Source: Mytilus edulis (taxonomy: Eukaryota). Taken from it: DNA of 64,000 bases. Location of the stretch: assembly GCF_963676685.1 (NCBI RefSeq), contig NC_092352.1, positions 6,820,001 through 6,884,000 on the forward strand, given 5' to 3'. Every line of letters begins with the position of its first letter. The stretch's first letter is position 1. Below are positions 52,061 to 64,000 of this stretch, piece after piece. The notes under the pieces were generated by a model. It did not search any database, was not told where the DNA came from, and saw nothing but the letters and a program-made list of their open reading frames with translations. A program made the translations under genes and the position numbers.

Positions 52061-52872
52061 ATACATATAGTTTGCTTACATTCAGGTATCATATAATCTA
52101 GTTGCACTATATGTGTAAAATAAGAAACTTCCAGCTATTTTAACTGACCCATCAAAATTGAGAAAAAAATACCTATTTAGTAATATATTTACACTTTAAA
52201 AGCATCTAACTTGCTTTACCAACATTTATTACTGATAAAGAAAATTTATACTGTCACCAGGACCATATATATTGTTAGATATACTGTTCCCAGCTGACAC
52301 AAAGACTCATATTGTTTTGGATTTTGACATTAAAATTTGTCAAAAAGTAATTTTGAGTTTCCTATGGATACCTATGGATCTTCAGAACGCTGGCACTGTT
52401 GCAACATTATATTCCGTTCTACTTCATCACCATTGTATTTAATTGTACTTTTCTCACATTTTCAGTACAAAATATTTTCTGTTTTTTTTCATTATTTTAC
52501 ATATATCTTTTGGTTTTCAATTCTAGTGTTTATATTTATTTACCATGCAAAGATGTATTTTGTCATCTGTCTGATTTTTTTAAAAGTTCAAAGATCGCCA
52601 AAATCCGGAATTACCCATATCCGCTTCCGGAATCGGATCCGATATTAGAATTTTCTTCTTATGTCAGATATTGATAGGGCCTAGATATTTTTACCTTTTA
52701 TCGCGTAAATTATTTTATCAGTCCTTAAATATTTTAGATTTTATCCGTGTACAGTGAATTTAAAATTTTTAAGTTGTTTGTGGAAAATATTTAGTGTATA
52801 AATTTTAATTAACTCCCGTCTGGATGATATCCGTTCTCAGGAGGTGTTCCATAATTTGAAGGATTTACGTAT

Positions 52873-52883
52873 AGAAGAAGAAG

Positions 52884-52913
<30 letters not shown>
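52873..52913. repeat. (GAA)13 microsatellite
   Basis: Perfect trinucleotide run. Confidence 0.95.
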
Positions 52914-52914
<1 letters not shown>

Positions 52915-55900
52915 CAGCCATTTTGTTTTCAATGTTGTTTTTGTCAGATACGATTTCACTCGAATTTACACACTATTTGTCGGCGATTTTCTGTATAAAG
53001 CTAGCGGTTGAACAAAATGAACATCGCTGTCATGAATAATAATGCTAAAAACAATTTTTGAGATCGTTTATTAGGAGACTTTGGTAAAAAGGTTTGCAAA
53101 GTTATGTTTTTATTTCCTCTGAAGTCGTGCATGTCGAACGTAGCAAGTATCCAAGTCGAAAGTCCGACTGCAAAAGTGGAAGTTTGCAGACCTCGAACAA
53201 CCGCTAATTGAACCCCTGCCTCCAAATTGAAAAGATACAAAAATTCGTCTTATAATTTAAAATTGCCGCCAACAGCATGAACAGTGGAACTTATTTTAAG
53301 ACTACTGACGTAGTCGACTACGTATTGACGACAAACAATATTCCTACGACTTTTGCCATTTGAGAAATCTAAACTACTTGTCTTTAGAAATTTTCGGCGA
53401 TTAAACATTTCATACATTTGTTCTTTGACAGCTTAGCCAAAATCTCAGGGGATAATAAACTACATAAAGATTCCTAATGTGCCCTACTTCCTATGTGCAA
53501 CTTCAAAACTTTTGGATAAATCGACGATCATTTAAGGTTTTTCTGATCATATTTTTTGTAATCAAGAATTAAAAGTATGAAAAAACTGTCCAATTAGTTA
53601 TGAATAACATAATATCCAGCTAGATAATAACAATGGCACATATTTCAGCATTTATTGGGTAGAACACAAATCTAGGGTGCTCGCATAAGGCAGCTTAACT
53701 GCCTAAAAATGAATCCAAACCGTCTCTTTGAGGTATTTAAAAACATTTTGGTACGATTACAGAGCAATTGCAAAACTAATACACAAGTTATTATCCTCAA
53801 GTAGAAAAATGCTTGTTTTGGGCCTCTTTTGAGTCCCTAATTCCTGAAAGGTTGGAACCATGATCCCCAAAATCAATCCCAACCTTCATTTTGTGGTACT
53901 GAACCTTATTACTCCATTTCAATGAGATTCATTCACAAGAACTAAAGTTATTGTCCGGAAATCAGTTGTGTCTTCGGACGAAAACAACGACGACACAGAC
54001 AGCATCATAAAATGTTTGCGGTCATATAAAAACAACATAGGTTTCATGGTAACATACAATGTTTTTTTTTTATAATTATTATTTTAACAGCCAACAAAAT
54101 CCCTGAAATAGTTAAATTATATCTGATATATATATTTCTATTCTTCTTATTATTTAGTATCTGTATAAATATGTACATATCTTTAAAGGATAACAAATTA
54201 AAATAATGCAATGGGAACATGATCATGTATACAAAAACATCATTCAACAGGTTTAACTGAAAACAAAATTTATTACATGCTATTATTTTTTTTATTCCTT
54301 TGATTGTCTTGATTTTATTTTTGTTTTAGAGGATTTCTATCAATATTCAAACCTTGGTTCACCATATGTAATAAAATAGATCTTATAAATTTAATATATA
54401 TATATATTATATAAGAGGGTTTGGCTAGGGGTTTACAGAATAAAGAATAATGGACAAAAAAATTAATAGTGAGTATTGAGGCTCAAAATGTCCTGTACCA
54501 AGTCAGGAAAATTGCCATAGTTTGTTTTTGTGTGTGTGACATTCTAGTGTTGTATTTCTGTTGTGTCGTAGTTCTCTTATATTTGATGTGTTTTCCTCAG
54601 TTTTAGGGGGTCATTATACCGCATGGTATTTTGAACCCCAGTGTCATATGGTATTTTTTAACCCCATAAAAAGTGAAACCGGGGTAAAAATACGATGCAG
54701 TAAAATTACTGCATGGTATTTTGACCTCGGGTTCACTGTTTAGGGGTTCAAATACCATACGACACCGGATTTGTTTTTTCTTTATTTCAATTTATGAATT
54801 TCGAACAGCAGTATACTACTGTTGCCTTTATTTAATATATGGAATAATGGTTTTTGGAAATAGAATACAGAATAGGAAATCAATTCAAAGAGCTGATAGC
54901 TCTGAGGTGGAAGAAGGTGAATAAAATGTAACCTGAATTACCACAAAAGCAGCCCCACTAACCCAGGCTGCTTTGTTCCATTATCATTATGATGTTTTTT
55001 TTTCTTCAAACAAGAAAAGGTCATAAGTACATGGATTTCCCATCCGTACAATCATTTTCTATGTTCAGTGGACTGTGAAAATTAGGTAAAATCTTTAAAT
55101 TGGCAGTAAAATTAAGAAGATCATATCATAAGGAACACATGTGCACTAAGTTGCAAGTTGATTGGATTTCAACTTCATCAAAAACTACCTCGACCATAAA
55201 CTTTATAACCAGAAGCAGGACGAACGGACAGACCAGAAAACATAATGCCCATAAATTGAGCATAAAAATAGTAAGGCTTGTTACATACCCGCCAACTTTT
55301 GAAAGTTCCCATAGGGGTTTTTAGTGCACAACAACAATTTTAAGGTTACAATTTTAAGCGGAGTATTTTGCACGATCTGGATTGTCTAGAAAAAGTGTCA
55401 TATTTGTATGATGAACTTACATGTCTTTTTCTTAAGTCTGTTTGCATGATTCTAGTTATTAAATCGGTAGAAGAGATGAAGCTAGCAGATAGGTTGGGAA
55501 CAACACTCCAAATAAGGGGTAACCTTATTGGAAGAACATTACAACCCACTGTAAAATCAAAGTGCTGGATAGCACCTCTGGAAAGTTTGCAACTGTAGCT
55601 GTGTATTATTCCAAAAAGGTTATAGACGTGTATTATTTCAAATATGTATTTCATCACAGCTTTGATGTTTTAAACTAATCCATTGTCTCGTCAGTAATTA
55701 TCAAAAATCACTTTTTTTATGTTTATCATAAAAAGTTTTGATATTTTCTTATGATTGCAACCTTAAACTGTAGATCTAAAATAATGAAATATACATGCAG
55801 AAAGCTCTGTGTTAATTTTTTTAAGTACCCATGCCATGTCAACTTCAAGGGCCTGTGAATTAGTATTTTTCTATTGGTTTAGGGCCTTCATATTTGTTTT

Positions 55901-58900
55901 TAGTAAATTAACACGCAAGTTTTTTTTGTTTGAATTGTTCCACATGTTTCATATCGGGGCCTTTTAAAGCTTTCTACATGTATATGGTACAAACATTTCT
56001 CATTATTGACAACCTTTCATTATGGACTATAGTTATGAATACATTTTCATTCTTTGAACTCTTTTGGATAGCATTGGTTCTTTGCAAACAATACTGCATC
56101 CTTACTTATAAATAAGACAGTTACAGTAACTTAAAGCAATACAACTGTAAAGAAAGTGAATTTATATTAAAGGCTTTTATAAAAAAAAAAAATAGGGAAC
56201 ATGTCCATGGGTCTCAAATGATGCCCTCGCTAGCATTAACGTTATAAACTCAAGAACTGTAAATGTGACACTACCAAAATTTAATTTTACTTGATATGAG
56301 TAATGGGTTAATAAACATTGTGTATTCATTCTAATTATAAGTGTAGTATTGCGCAATAGAATTGTAAGATCTTGACATTTGTTTTGTGTCAGAAAACAAT
56401 ATGTTATGTCAACAATTTGATCGCAATCCAAAGTCAGAGCTGTATCAAGCTTGAATATTGTGGCCATACTTGTCCCAAATGTTCAGGGTTTCGACTTCTG
56501 TGGTCGTATAAAGCTTTGCCCTGCAGAGCATCTGGTTTCATTTGTAACACGGCACAACCCTAGAGCAGTAAAAATAAATCCACCCAAATTCAAACTTGAT
56601 CAGTGTTTGTGGTAATGAGAATTGTATATAAGTTTCATAACATTTGGTTAAGACAAACTATACTTAGAGAACAGAAACCTAAATTTACAGCAACTTTTCT
56701 CTTTGGTAAAGTAGCATTAAACGCTAAAATGGTAAAAGTTACGCAACTAAAATTCAAACTTGACTTGTGAATTGTGGTTATAAGCATTGCGTATCAGTTT
56801 CATACAATTTGGTTCAGGCAAACTAAAGTAAGAGAACAGAAACGAATTTTGGGATACATACGGAGGTACTTATAAGTAAGGGAAGAATGTACATACTTAC
56901 AGAAGAACAAGGATAAAACTCAATACGGTGGGAGCATAACAACAGCAGTATGACCACAGGAATAAAAAGTTTATATACGCTAGATTCATAATTTTTGTTG
57001 TTGTAAGCCATTCGTTTGATATATTATGGTAATCATTGCCTCTGTGTTTGGATGACAAAGCAATAACATTTCTATTTAAATAGGGCATACTATGCACGTG
57101 TTTGTCTGTAATCTATATAAATTTTGAGGTGAAAATGCAGCCATTTTAGCCAAAGGGTACACATCATCATAATTTCATGAAACTTAATCATTTCTACAGC
57201 ACTTTTCTTCATATCCTGAGCTATGTTATTCTAAGAAGTAGATGCTGACTCGGTTGTTTTTAATATGGATGCTATATGATACGAATTTGCGAGAATACAC
57301 CAGAGGTGGTATGATGTAAATTATTGGAAGAAGACTGAAGAAGAATTGACGTTGGGTCAATGTTTTTCTGCTGTCAGTTTGATCCACTTGAGCATGCTGA
57401 ACGAGCGAAGGCTCTTATATCCACATTGGAATGTATTTAAATAACGGAATTAAAAGTTTTCAAATGATTTTTGCCGGCATCAAAACCTTTCGATCGAAGT
57501 TTAGACAAACACAATGTATTTTAAAACTATTTTTTTTTATGAAAGCCCGTACCGTATTTACCTGTACTCGTCTATTACTGAGACATTAGACATATAATTA
57601 TCGAGTATTTTATATTCTATCACCTGTGTTTTGTTATAACAAACCATTATCACTTGTCAATTATCCGACGGCTTGGTCACTTCATTCCCGATTTTTTCGA
57701 TACTCTCGGGCTTTTACCACGTTTACGTACGTACATAGTAAACAGGTAAAAGTAGAGCGAAAAATGTTCATTCATGAAATTTTCATGAATGAAACTGACG
57801 CAATCTGGCGTAGATTTCTTGTGATTTTCTCTTCAGCGTATGGCAGATCCGCGAAGTAGTGTTTGAGATACTCATTTTCAAAATGAAGTTAAATTCATCT
57901 GAATCGTCGGTGAACATTCAATTCTTTTTTATTAAAGCTGTAATCTTTTCAGTCAAATGAAAAGTTACTCAAAATTTTAAAAGAACCTTCCAAGAATCAG
58001 AAATCAAACACTAGTACTAGTACTAAATTATCTCGGATCAGAATAAATGGCGATAATCTGTCACCATAAGTTTGAGGCCGATGGCTATGGAAAGTAGCAA
58101 TAGCAAGCTATAGCAAACTTTCCAAAAATGAGCACATTTTTATTCATATTACTTGATGAAACTTTCCCCCAAGAACTATGCATATATTAAGTACTAAATG
58201 GTCAAAATATGTCAAAAGAATTTTCTGTTGTTTCTAAACTTATATCTTCTTTATTAATTTGACCCCTCATTTAGAAAAGTTGTTGCAATTATAAGAATTT
58301 TCCGACATTTGAGTTTAATAAAAATCTTTAAAATGTTCTTTCTTTTCTTTTCAACAGTAAAATGAAATGTTATTTCTTTATTTTCAACAGTAAAATGACC
58401 CCTTGTTTTAGGAACAGTCCCTTATTTAAGGGACACCACTCATACTTGGGGGAAAAAGGGGGGGGGGGGGGGTCCCAACCTGAATACAAAAATAAAATAT
58501 GTTACAACCAGTGTCAATAAATTAGTGAAAAAAAATACTTTTTTCTATTTTTATCATGTTTATGGTAGTACAGTAGACTCCGGACAATCGGATACCCAAA
58601 ATGTCAGCTAAAAATATCCGATTATACGATATATTCAATTAGACGATGAATGTATATTAAATGAATATTCTACAATAATAAGTATATCTATTGCTTAATA
58701 TGTGAAAGGGCTGGAGGATTGATGGAGTGATTTTTATCAGTTACATCACCACGATGTTTGCGAGAAAAATTATTAGCTGATTATGTAGCTAATGATTAAA
58801 TTTGTTTCCACTTGCAGTTTTTAAATCCTATATTTATTAAAATCAATCAAATGTCCTGAAATATTTATGTAAATTATTATCTTCCATCCATAGTTTGTCT

Positions 58901-61392
58901 TTACTTGTTTAGTAAACAAATTATTTACATTTTTACACAGGTAAACTAATTTGGCTATAAATAGATCAAAGCATGTCTGAGTAGAATCTCTAATCTAAAA
59001 TCGTAATTGTTATAATTTATTTCTTTAAATAATAAAATTTAAAGAGGTAGGGCCAATATGCCGACGATTTTTTTCACAGAAGGGCCAATTTCAAAAAGTG
59101 CCAACAGAGTAAAATTTCCTATAAAAACCAAAAAAAAATGCTTTTTGATCAATATCTCGATTTACATATAGTATGATATGTGTGATCAATAGTTAATTTA
59201 ACCCTAAAAAAGGATGAAAGTCCAATATCCGGATTTTCGGGTGTTTTTATGTGGAAAAAACAGGGAATCCCCCAAGAAGGACATTTCAAACCAAAGAAAA
59301 GTTATGCTTTTTATGACTGTTGTTATTCATACTACTTTTTACTTCAAAAATGAAATTGGTTTAGTGTGTCCTTATTACATAAAAAACAACTTTTTAAAGA
59401 AAAAATTGTAACATCGATAAATTGTACCAATATAGTTTCTAAATAAGAGTCATAATGATAAGAATCGCCGTAGCTCCACCAGTAGAGCACAGAACTACTC
59501 ATAAATGACGGTTTTGAAGAAAGGGTTCGAACCTCGCTTAGAACTTTTGCATTTTTTTGTGTTGTTATATTAAATTTTAAAGTTTCTATCATATTTTTTC
59601 GGTTGTTTGCTTGATTCATAGAGTCATTTTGGTTCATTTTGACTATTCAGTTAGTGTACTAGTAAATAATTTTACGTGTATCAAAGAAAAAACAATGTAT
59701 CGCTTATTGTGTGCAATCCTATGACTGTCCATACTCTTGAATTACTTTCTATTCATGTGTTTACGTTATTACATATATCCAAGGGACAACTGCCGTCAAA
59801 CTGATGTAGGTGCCTGTACATAACCAATAACACGAGAATTAATTCTATAGAAATTAAGCCTACATGTTGCGGGTGTAATATACACATAACTTAAAATAAG
59901 GCCATTGTATACAATTTTTATAACAACAAAACACATTTCGTCGAAACCTTTTTTGAACATGGTATTATATGTAACAAATGCAGTCAACAACAATTTTGGC
60001 GCCAAATCACAAACTGTAAAGATACTAGTACTGAAATTTTTACCACCGTCTATACACGGGTACATAACTCATCAGAAAAATAAAACAACATAACAGAACA
60101 AATCAATTACACTACAAATCGTGATTGTAGGTAAAACATCAAGAAGCTGTTGCATCTGTATCACAACGAAGGGCCGATTTGTTAAAATTACAGAAAAGGC
60201 AATACAACATGAAGTAGTAACACAGGGTGATCTATGACCAACTGATGTAAGATGTTCTGCGGTTAAAATACATACATGCACATGTATTTTCTTGTCTAAT
60301 CTTATAGACGATAAAACCTTTAAAGACCAGGACAAATACTGTGTAACAGATATACATATTCAGAATGAGAAAATCACGATTTGAATTAGTTCGATATCAT
60401 TTGGCTCCTTGAGAAGTTACATGGTATGGCACCTTGCATAAAGGATGTTAATAATAAAATAAAATCAATATTAAAAAATCAATAGTCATGGCCTTGTTTT
60501 TGTAGGAATACCTGTTCAAGGTATGAAAATAAATGATGTGACGTATTTTTATGTACTATAAATAGCATCTATCGGGCTATTTAAAACATTATTTACCTAT
60601 CTTATCGAATGAAACAAATTGCCGACAAATTGTCCCTACCTCTTTATGAAAATAATCATGATTGATGAATAGTATTGCATAAAGTTTACGCTTTCAGAAA
60701 CTATTTATGTTTAGGACATGGTTCTAGAGGCTTCTTCACATATTTGTAAACAAACCAATATGGCCGCTACACGTGATTACCTTTGCACATGTGAAAAAAT
60801 AAATCTGACAAAAGTCAGATTTCTCTTGTCAAAAGGGATTTATATTTATATTGCAATAAATTATTCAGAAGGAGGTACATTCAGTTTCAATTATATTTCT
60901 TATTCTATGAGCATTTAGAGTTTAATCAAATTCTCCCAACAGTAACGTACTGCTCTTATCAACTGAGTCTTGAATAATTTTATAAATAGATTCAAACCAT
61001 TTGAAGTAGAAAGGCATCTAATTCACATGACAAGGAAAACAATGAATAAAGACACCAATTTAATAAGAAATAGATCCTTTTTATTTATTAAAAACAAAAT
61101 CTTCTTGTCTGCAAGATTGCAAATTCGTAACTTCAAGGGCGAACTTGTAAACGGGGCGAGTTGTCCCGATACCAAATTCACGCATGCGTACTACAAATAT
61201 CTACAGTAAAAACATCCGGTTACAAGTAAACAAATAACGTTCATTGATTTCATGTGGATGAGATGAAATCTATTAATTTACATAAATAAAAAGGTCATAT
61301 TTACGATAGTGATTGTTTTTCAATCCTAATTTACAAATTAAATGATTCAGATGCTTAATCATGTGTAAAAATCGGTGTCAGGAATCTTAAGT

Positions 61393-61625
61393 TGTTATGA
61401 AAATCAAATTTTTAGAATTAAAATTTAGTTTTGTAAATTAAATACTCACCTTCATAAATTTAGATACCAGTCCACTCCTTAAAATGCTAGGCACTAAGTG
61501 AATGAAGGGGAGGGGGGAGGGACCTCTGATTTATGAAGGTGAGTATTTAATTTACAAAACTAAAATTTAAATCTAAAAATTTGATTTTTATTACATTAAA
61601 TACCTCACCTTCATAAATTTAGATA
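61393..61625. repeat. DIRS right terminal repeat and internal complementary region (ICR)
   Basis: 61393-61459 is the reverse complement of 61529-61595 (67 bp, few mismatches); 61596-61625 repeats ~61438-61466. Confidence 0.88.
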
Positions 61626-61632
61626 ACAGAAT

Positions 61633-62720
61633 TTAACAAAGCGCTGAATCCCCATCACTAGGAGGAGGGAAAACAACATGTTGAGCAGCAACTAAAGGCC
61701 CTAAAGAATAGAGGTTGTCACAATGAAGAGGCATTGAACGTAAATAATGGTTATAAAAGGCACTATCAGACCTCCAAAAACCAGCTGACATGATTTCCGA
61801 CATAGAGGAGGAATTAAAAATGTTCAAAGAAGAGGCTAAAGCTCTAACTTCATGTGCTTTAACTTGATGTTTAACTAAAACTTCAGAAGAAGCAGACTTA
61901 TAAGCCAAAATGACAATATTGCAAATCCAGGTAGAAATGATTTTAGCAGAAATTTCAGAAATTCCTTTTTTATAGGAATGAACAACCTAGAAGAACCAGC
62001 AGATCTTAATTTAGCTGAAGAAGCTAGGTAAACAAGCAAGGCTCTCACTGGACACAAAACCTGATTATCCGCCGTGGGAAGTAACGCAGGAATAGTAATT
62101 TGACCAGAACCTTTATCAGGTAACTGGTTCTTTGCTAAAAAAGATGGATCAGTGAGAAGAGTAACTGAAAACTTATCAGCCGCAAAGCGTAGACAAGACT
62201 CAGAAATTGACAAGGCATGAATCTCACTCCTTCTGCGACCCGTAGCCAAAGCTATCAGAAAACAACATTTATAAGATAAAAATTTCAAGGAAGCTGAATG
62301 TAAAGGTTCAAAAGGTGGGAACTGAAGAACCTTCAAAATTAAACCTAAGTCCCAAGAAGGAACCAAACGCCTTTGACGAGGTCTATTAAGGCAAAAGTTT
62401 TTTTATCAACAAAGACAAAAACTCATTGTCACCAAAATCAGAGCCTCCTGAAAGTGATATTGTTCTGGCTATGGCAGATCTATATCCCTTTATAATAGAA
62501 GGATAATAACCCTTTTCTTCAAAAAGATGAAGGAAAAAATCCGCTAACTGTTGGACAGTAACTGTGATGGGATCAATCTGTTTCGACAGACACCAAGTAC
62601 AGAAAATTGACCATTTGGAGTCATACACTGCTCCTGTAGATTGTCTGACTGATCCTGAGATACGCTTGGTTGCTCCCTCAGAAAAGCCTCCCTTTCTGAG
62701 GGAATTCCTGACAGTAACCA
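61633..62720 (-). pseudogene. DIRS tyrosine recombinase, split by frameshifts
   Basis: STGAVYDSKWSIF, IKGYRSAI, VPSWDL..L..PPFEPL, LCPVRAL, AHEVRALASS, GFWRS..FYNHYL. Confidence 0.9.
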
Positions 62721-64000
62721 AGCGTGCAGATGGAGATTCTCTAGACCCTGATGCAGTTTTCTTCCTTTGAATTGAGACAGTAGATCCTCTCTTAGAGGAA
62801 GACGAAGAGGCTTCGCACAACACAGAAGTAGTAGTTCTGGGAACCAAGACTGTCGTGGCCAAGCCGGAGCAATAAGAATGGTCTTGCAAAGATCCCTCTG
62901 AATCTTGTGCAAGATCTTTGGAAGAAGACGAAAAGGAGGGAACATGTAACTGAACATTCCCTTCCAAGATAGGGTCATAGCATCTACTGCCCAGGCTTTC
63001 TCGTCTGGAATGGGAGAAACGTAAGTCTCCAACTTGTGATTCAGACTGGTGGCAAAAAGATCTATATGAGGACGATCCCAACAAAGAATGATCTCCTGAA
63101 ACACTGATGGATGAATTTCCCATTCTGTGTTCACTGGAACACGGGAACGGGAGAGAGCATCCGCCAGAAGATTTTGACTGCCTGGAACATGTCTCACTGA
63201 CAGAATTATATCGAGACTGACACAGAAGAAGAATTTCCTTGCTCAGATGATTCAGAGAAAAGGAATGGGTCCCTCCTTGATTCTGAAGATAAGTCACTAC
63301 TGTGGAGTTGTCCGTGGCAACCAGTAGTGACTGACCCTGAACCACAGCCTGAAACTGATGGAGAGAAAGGAACACAGCTCTCATCTCTAGCAGATTGATG
63401 TGTTCCTCCAACTGAACACCTGACCAAAGGCCTGATGCTGTCCTGCCCTCCAGATAAGCTCCCAAACCCATCAGACTTGCATCTGTGAACAGAGTTAGGC
63501 TGGGGTCTGGAGGATCCAACAAAACTCCCTTCCGAAGATGTTTTTCCTGAAGCCACCATTGAAGATGAGGTAACAACCGAGGAAAAATTGGAACAGGTGC
63601 CTCCCACAACTGAGAAATTGGGTGCAAAAACTCCGACAGATACCACTGGATTGGACGAATATGTAGACGTCCTAGTGGAATGACGTCCATGATCGAAATC
63701 AAGAAACCAACCAGCTGAAGCAATTGACGAGCTGGGACAGATGAAAACTGAGTCAGAGCATTGACTAACTGACGTACCTTGACTACCTTCTCTTCTGGAG
63801 GAAGCACTAGACCCAAATCTGTCCAAAAATGTTCTCCCAGGAAATTGAAACTCTGACTGGGAATTATCTCTGATTTTTCCCATGAAATAAAAAAACCCAG
63901 TCTCAGGAGCAAAATGATAGACAAATTGGTGTGTTCCTCCAAAAGAGATCGGCAATGATTCTTGATAAGAGAATCGTCTAGGTAGGAGTGAATGAGTACT
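62544..64000 (-). pseudogene. DIRS RT-RNase H-methyltransferase-like ORF with one frameshift near 63205
   Basis: The RT/RH frame continues after the frameshift as HVPGSQNLLADALSR..IDLFAT..FPPF..APAWPRQSWF. Confidence 0.9.

Larger units (their letters stand above)
61393..64000 (-). mobile_element. DIRS1-like tyrosine-recombinase retrotransposon, 3' 2.6 kb (runs out of the window)
   Basis: RT (SYLDDSLI at the window end), RNase H (FTDAS..HINLLEMRAV..TDNSTVV), methyltransferase-like (IDLFAT..YMFPPF), YR (ATGRRRSEI, HEVRA, FYNHY), and terminal ITR/ICR. Confidence 0.95.

Noticed and set aside
57240-57445. Possible degraded coding fragment (also 59780-60340)
   Set aside because: Contains stops and no recognisable motif.
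58569-58640. TA-CAGTAGACTCC Tc1/pogo-like MITE end
   Set aside because: No matching second TIR found.

Overview
AT-rich, repeat-dense animal genomic DNA. The repeat content and the single-exon B-box/coiled-coil/beta-propeller genes look like a bivalve mollusc, probably Mytilus-like (inference, no database check). Main contents: (1) a near-identical ~11.3-kb tandem duplication (424-11339 / 11340-22634), each unit holding a RING-less TRIM/NHL-type pseudogene, a Helentron-like satellite element and a truncated LINE; (2) a 5'-truncated Penelope-like retroelement (23779-25387) followed by short interspersed elements carrying type-P5 twister-like ribozyme folds and a minimal hammerhead; (3) a full-length decayed Ty3/Gypsy element (29301-37686) with TSD CAAGG, tRNA-Leu PBS, a -1 frameshift signal and an extra zinc-finger/coiled-coil ORF behind a splice acceptor; (4) a third TRIM paralogue, intact except for a 658-bp MITE; (5) an RNase H-bearing LINE fragment, several satellite-carrying elements, an isolated PMS2-like terminal exon, and the 3' part of a DIRS retrotransposon with its ITR/ICR. 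The most interesting signals are the self-cleaving ribozyme motifs (hammerhead and covarying twister-P5 folds) in small repeats, and the accessory ORF3 of the Gypsy element. All alignments and folds were done by eye.
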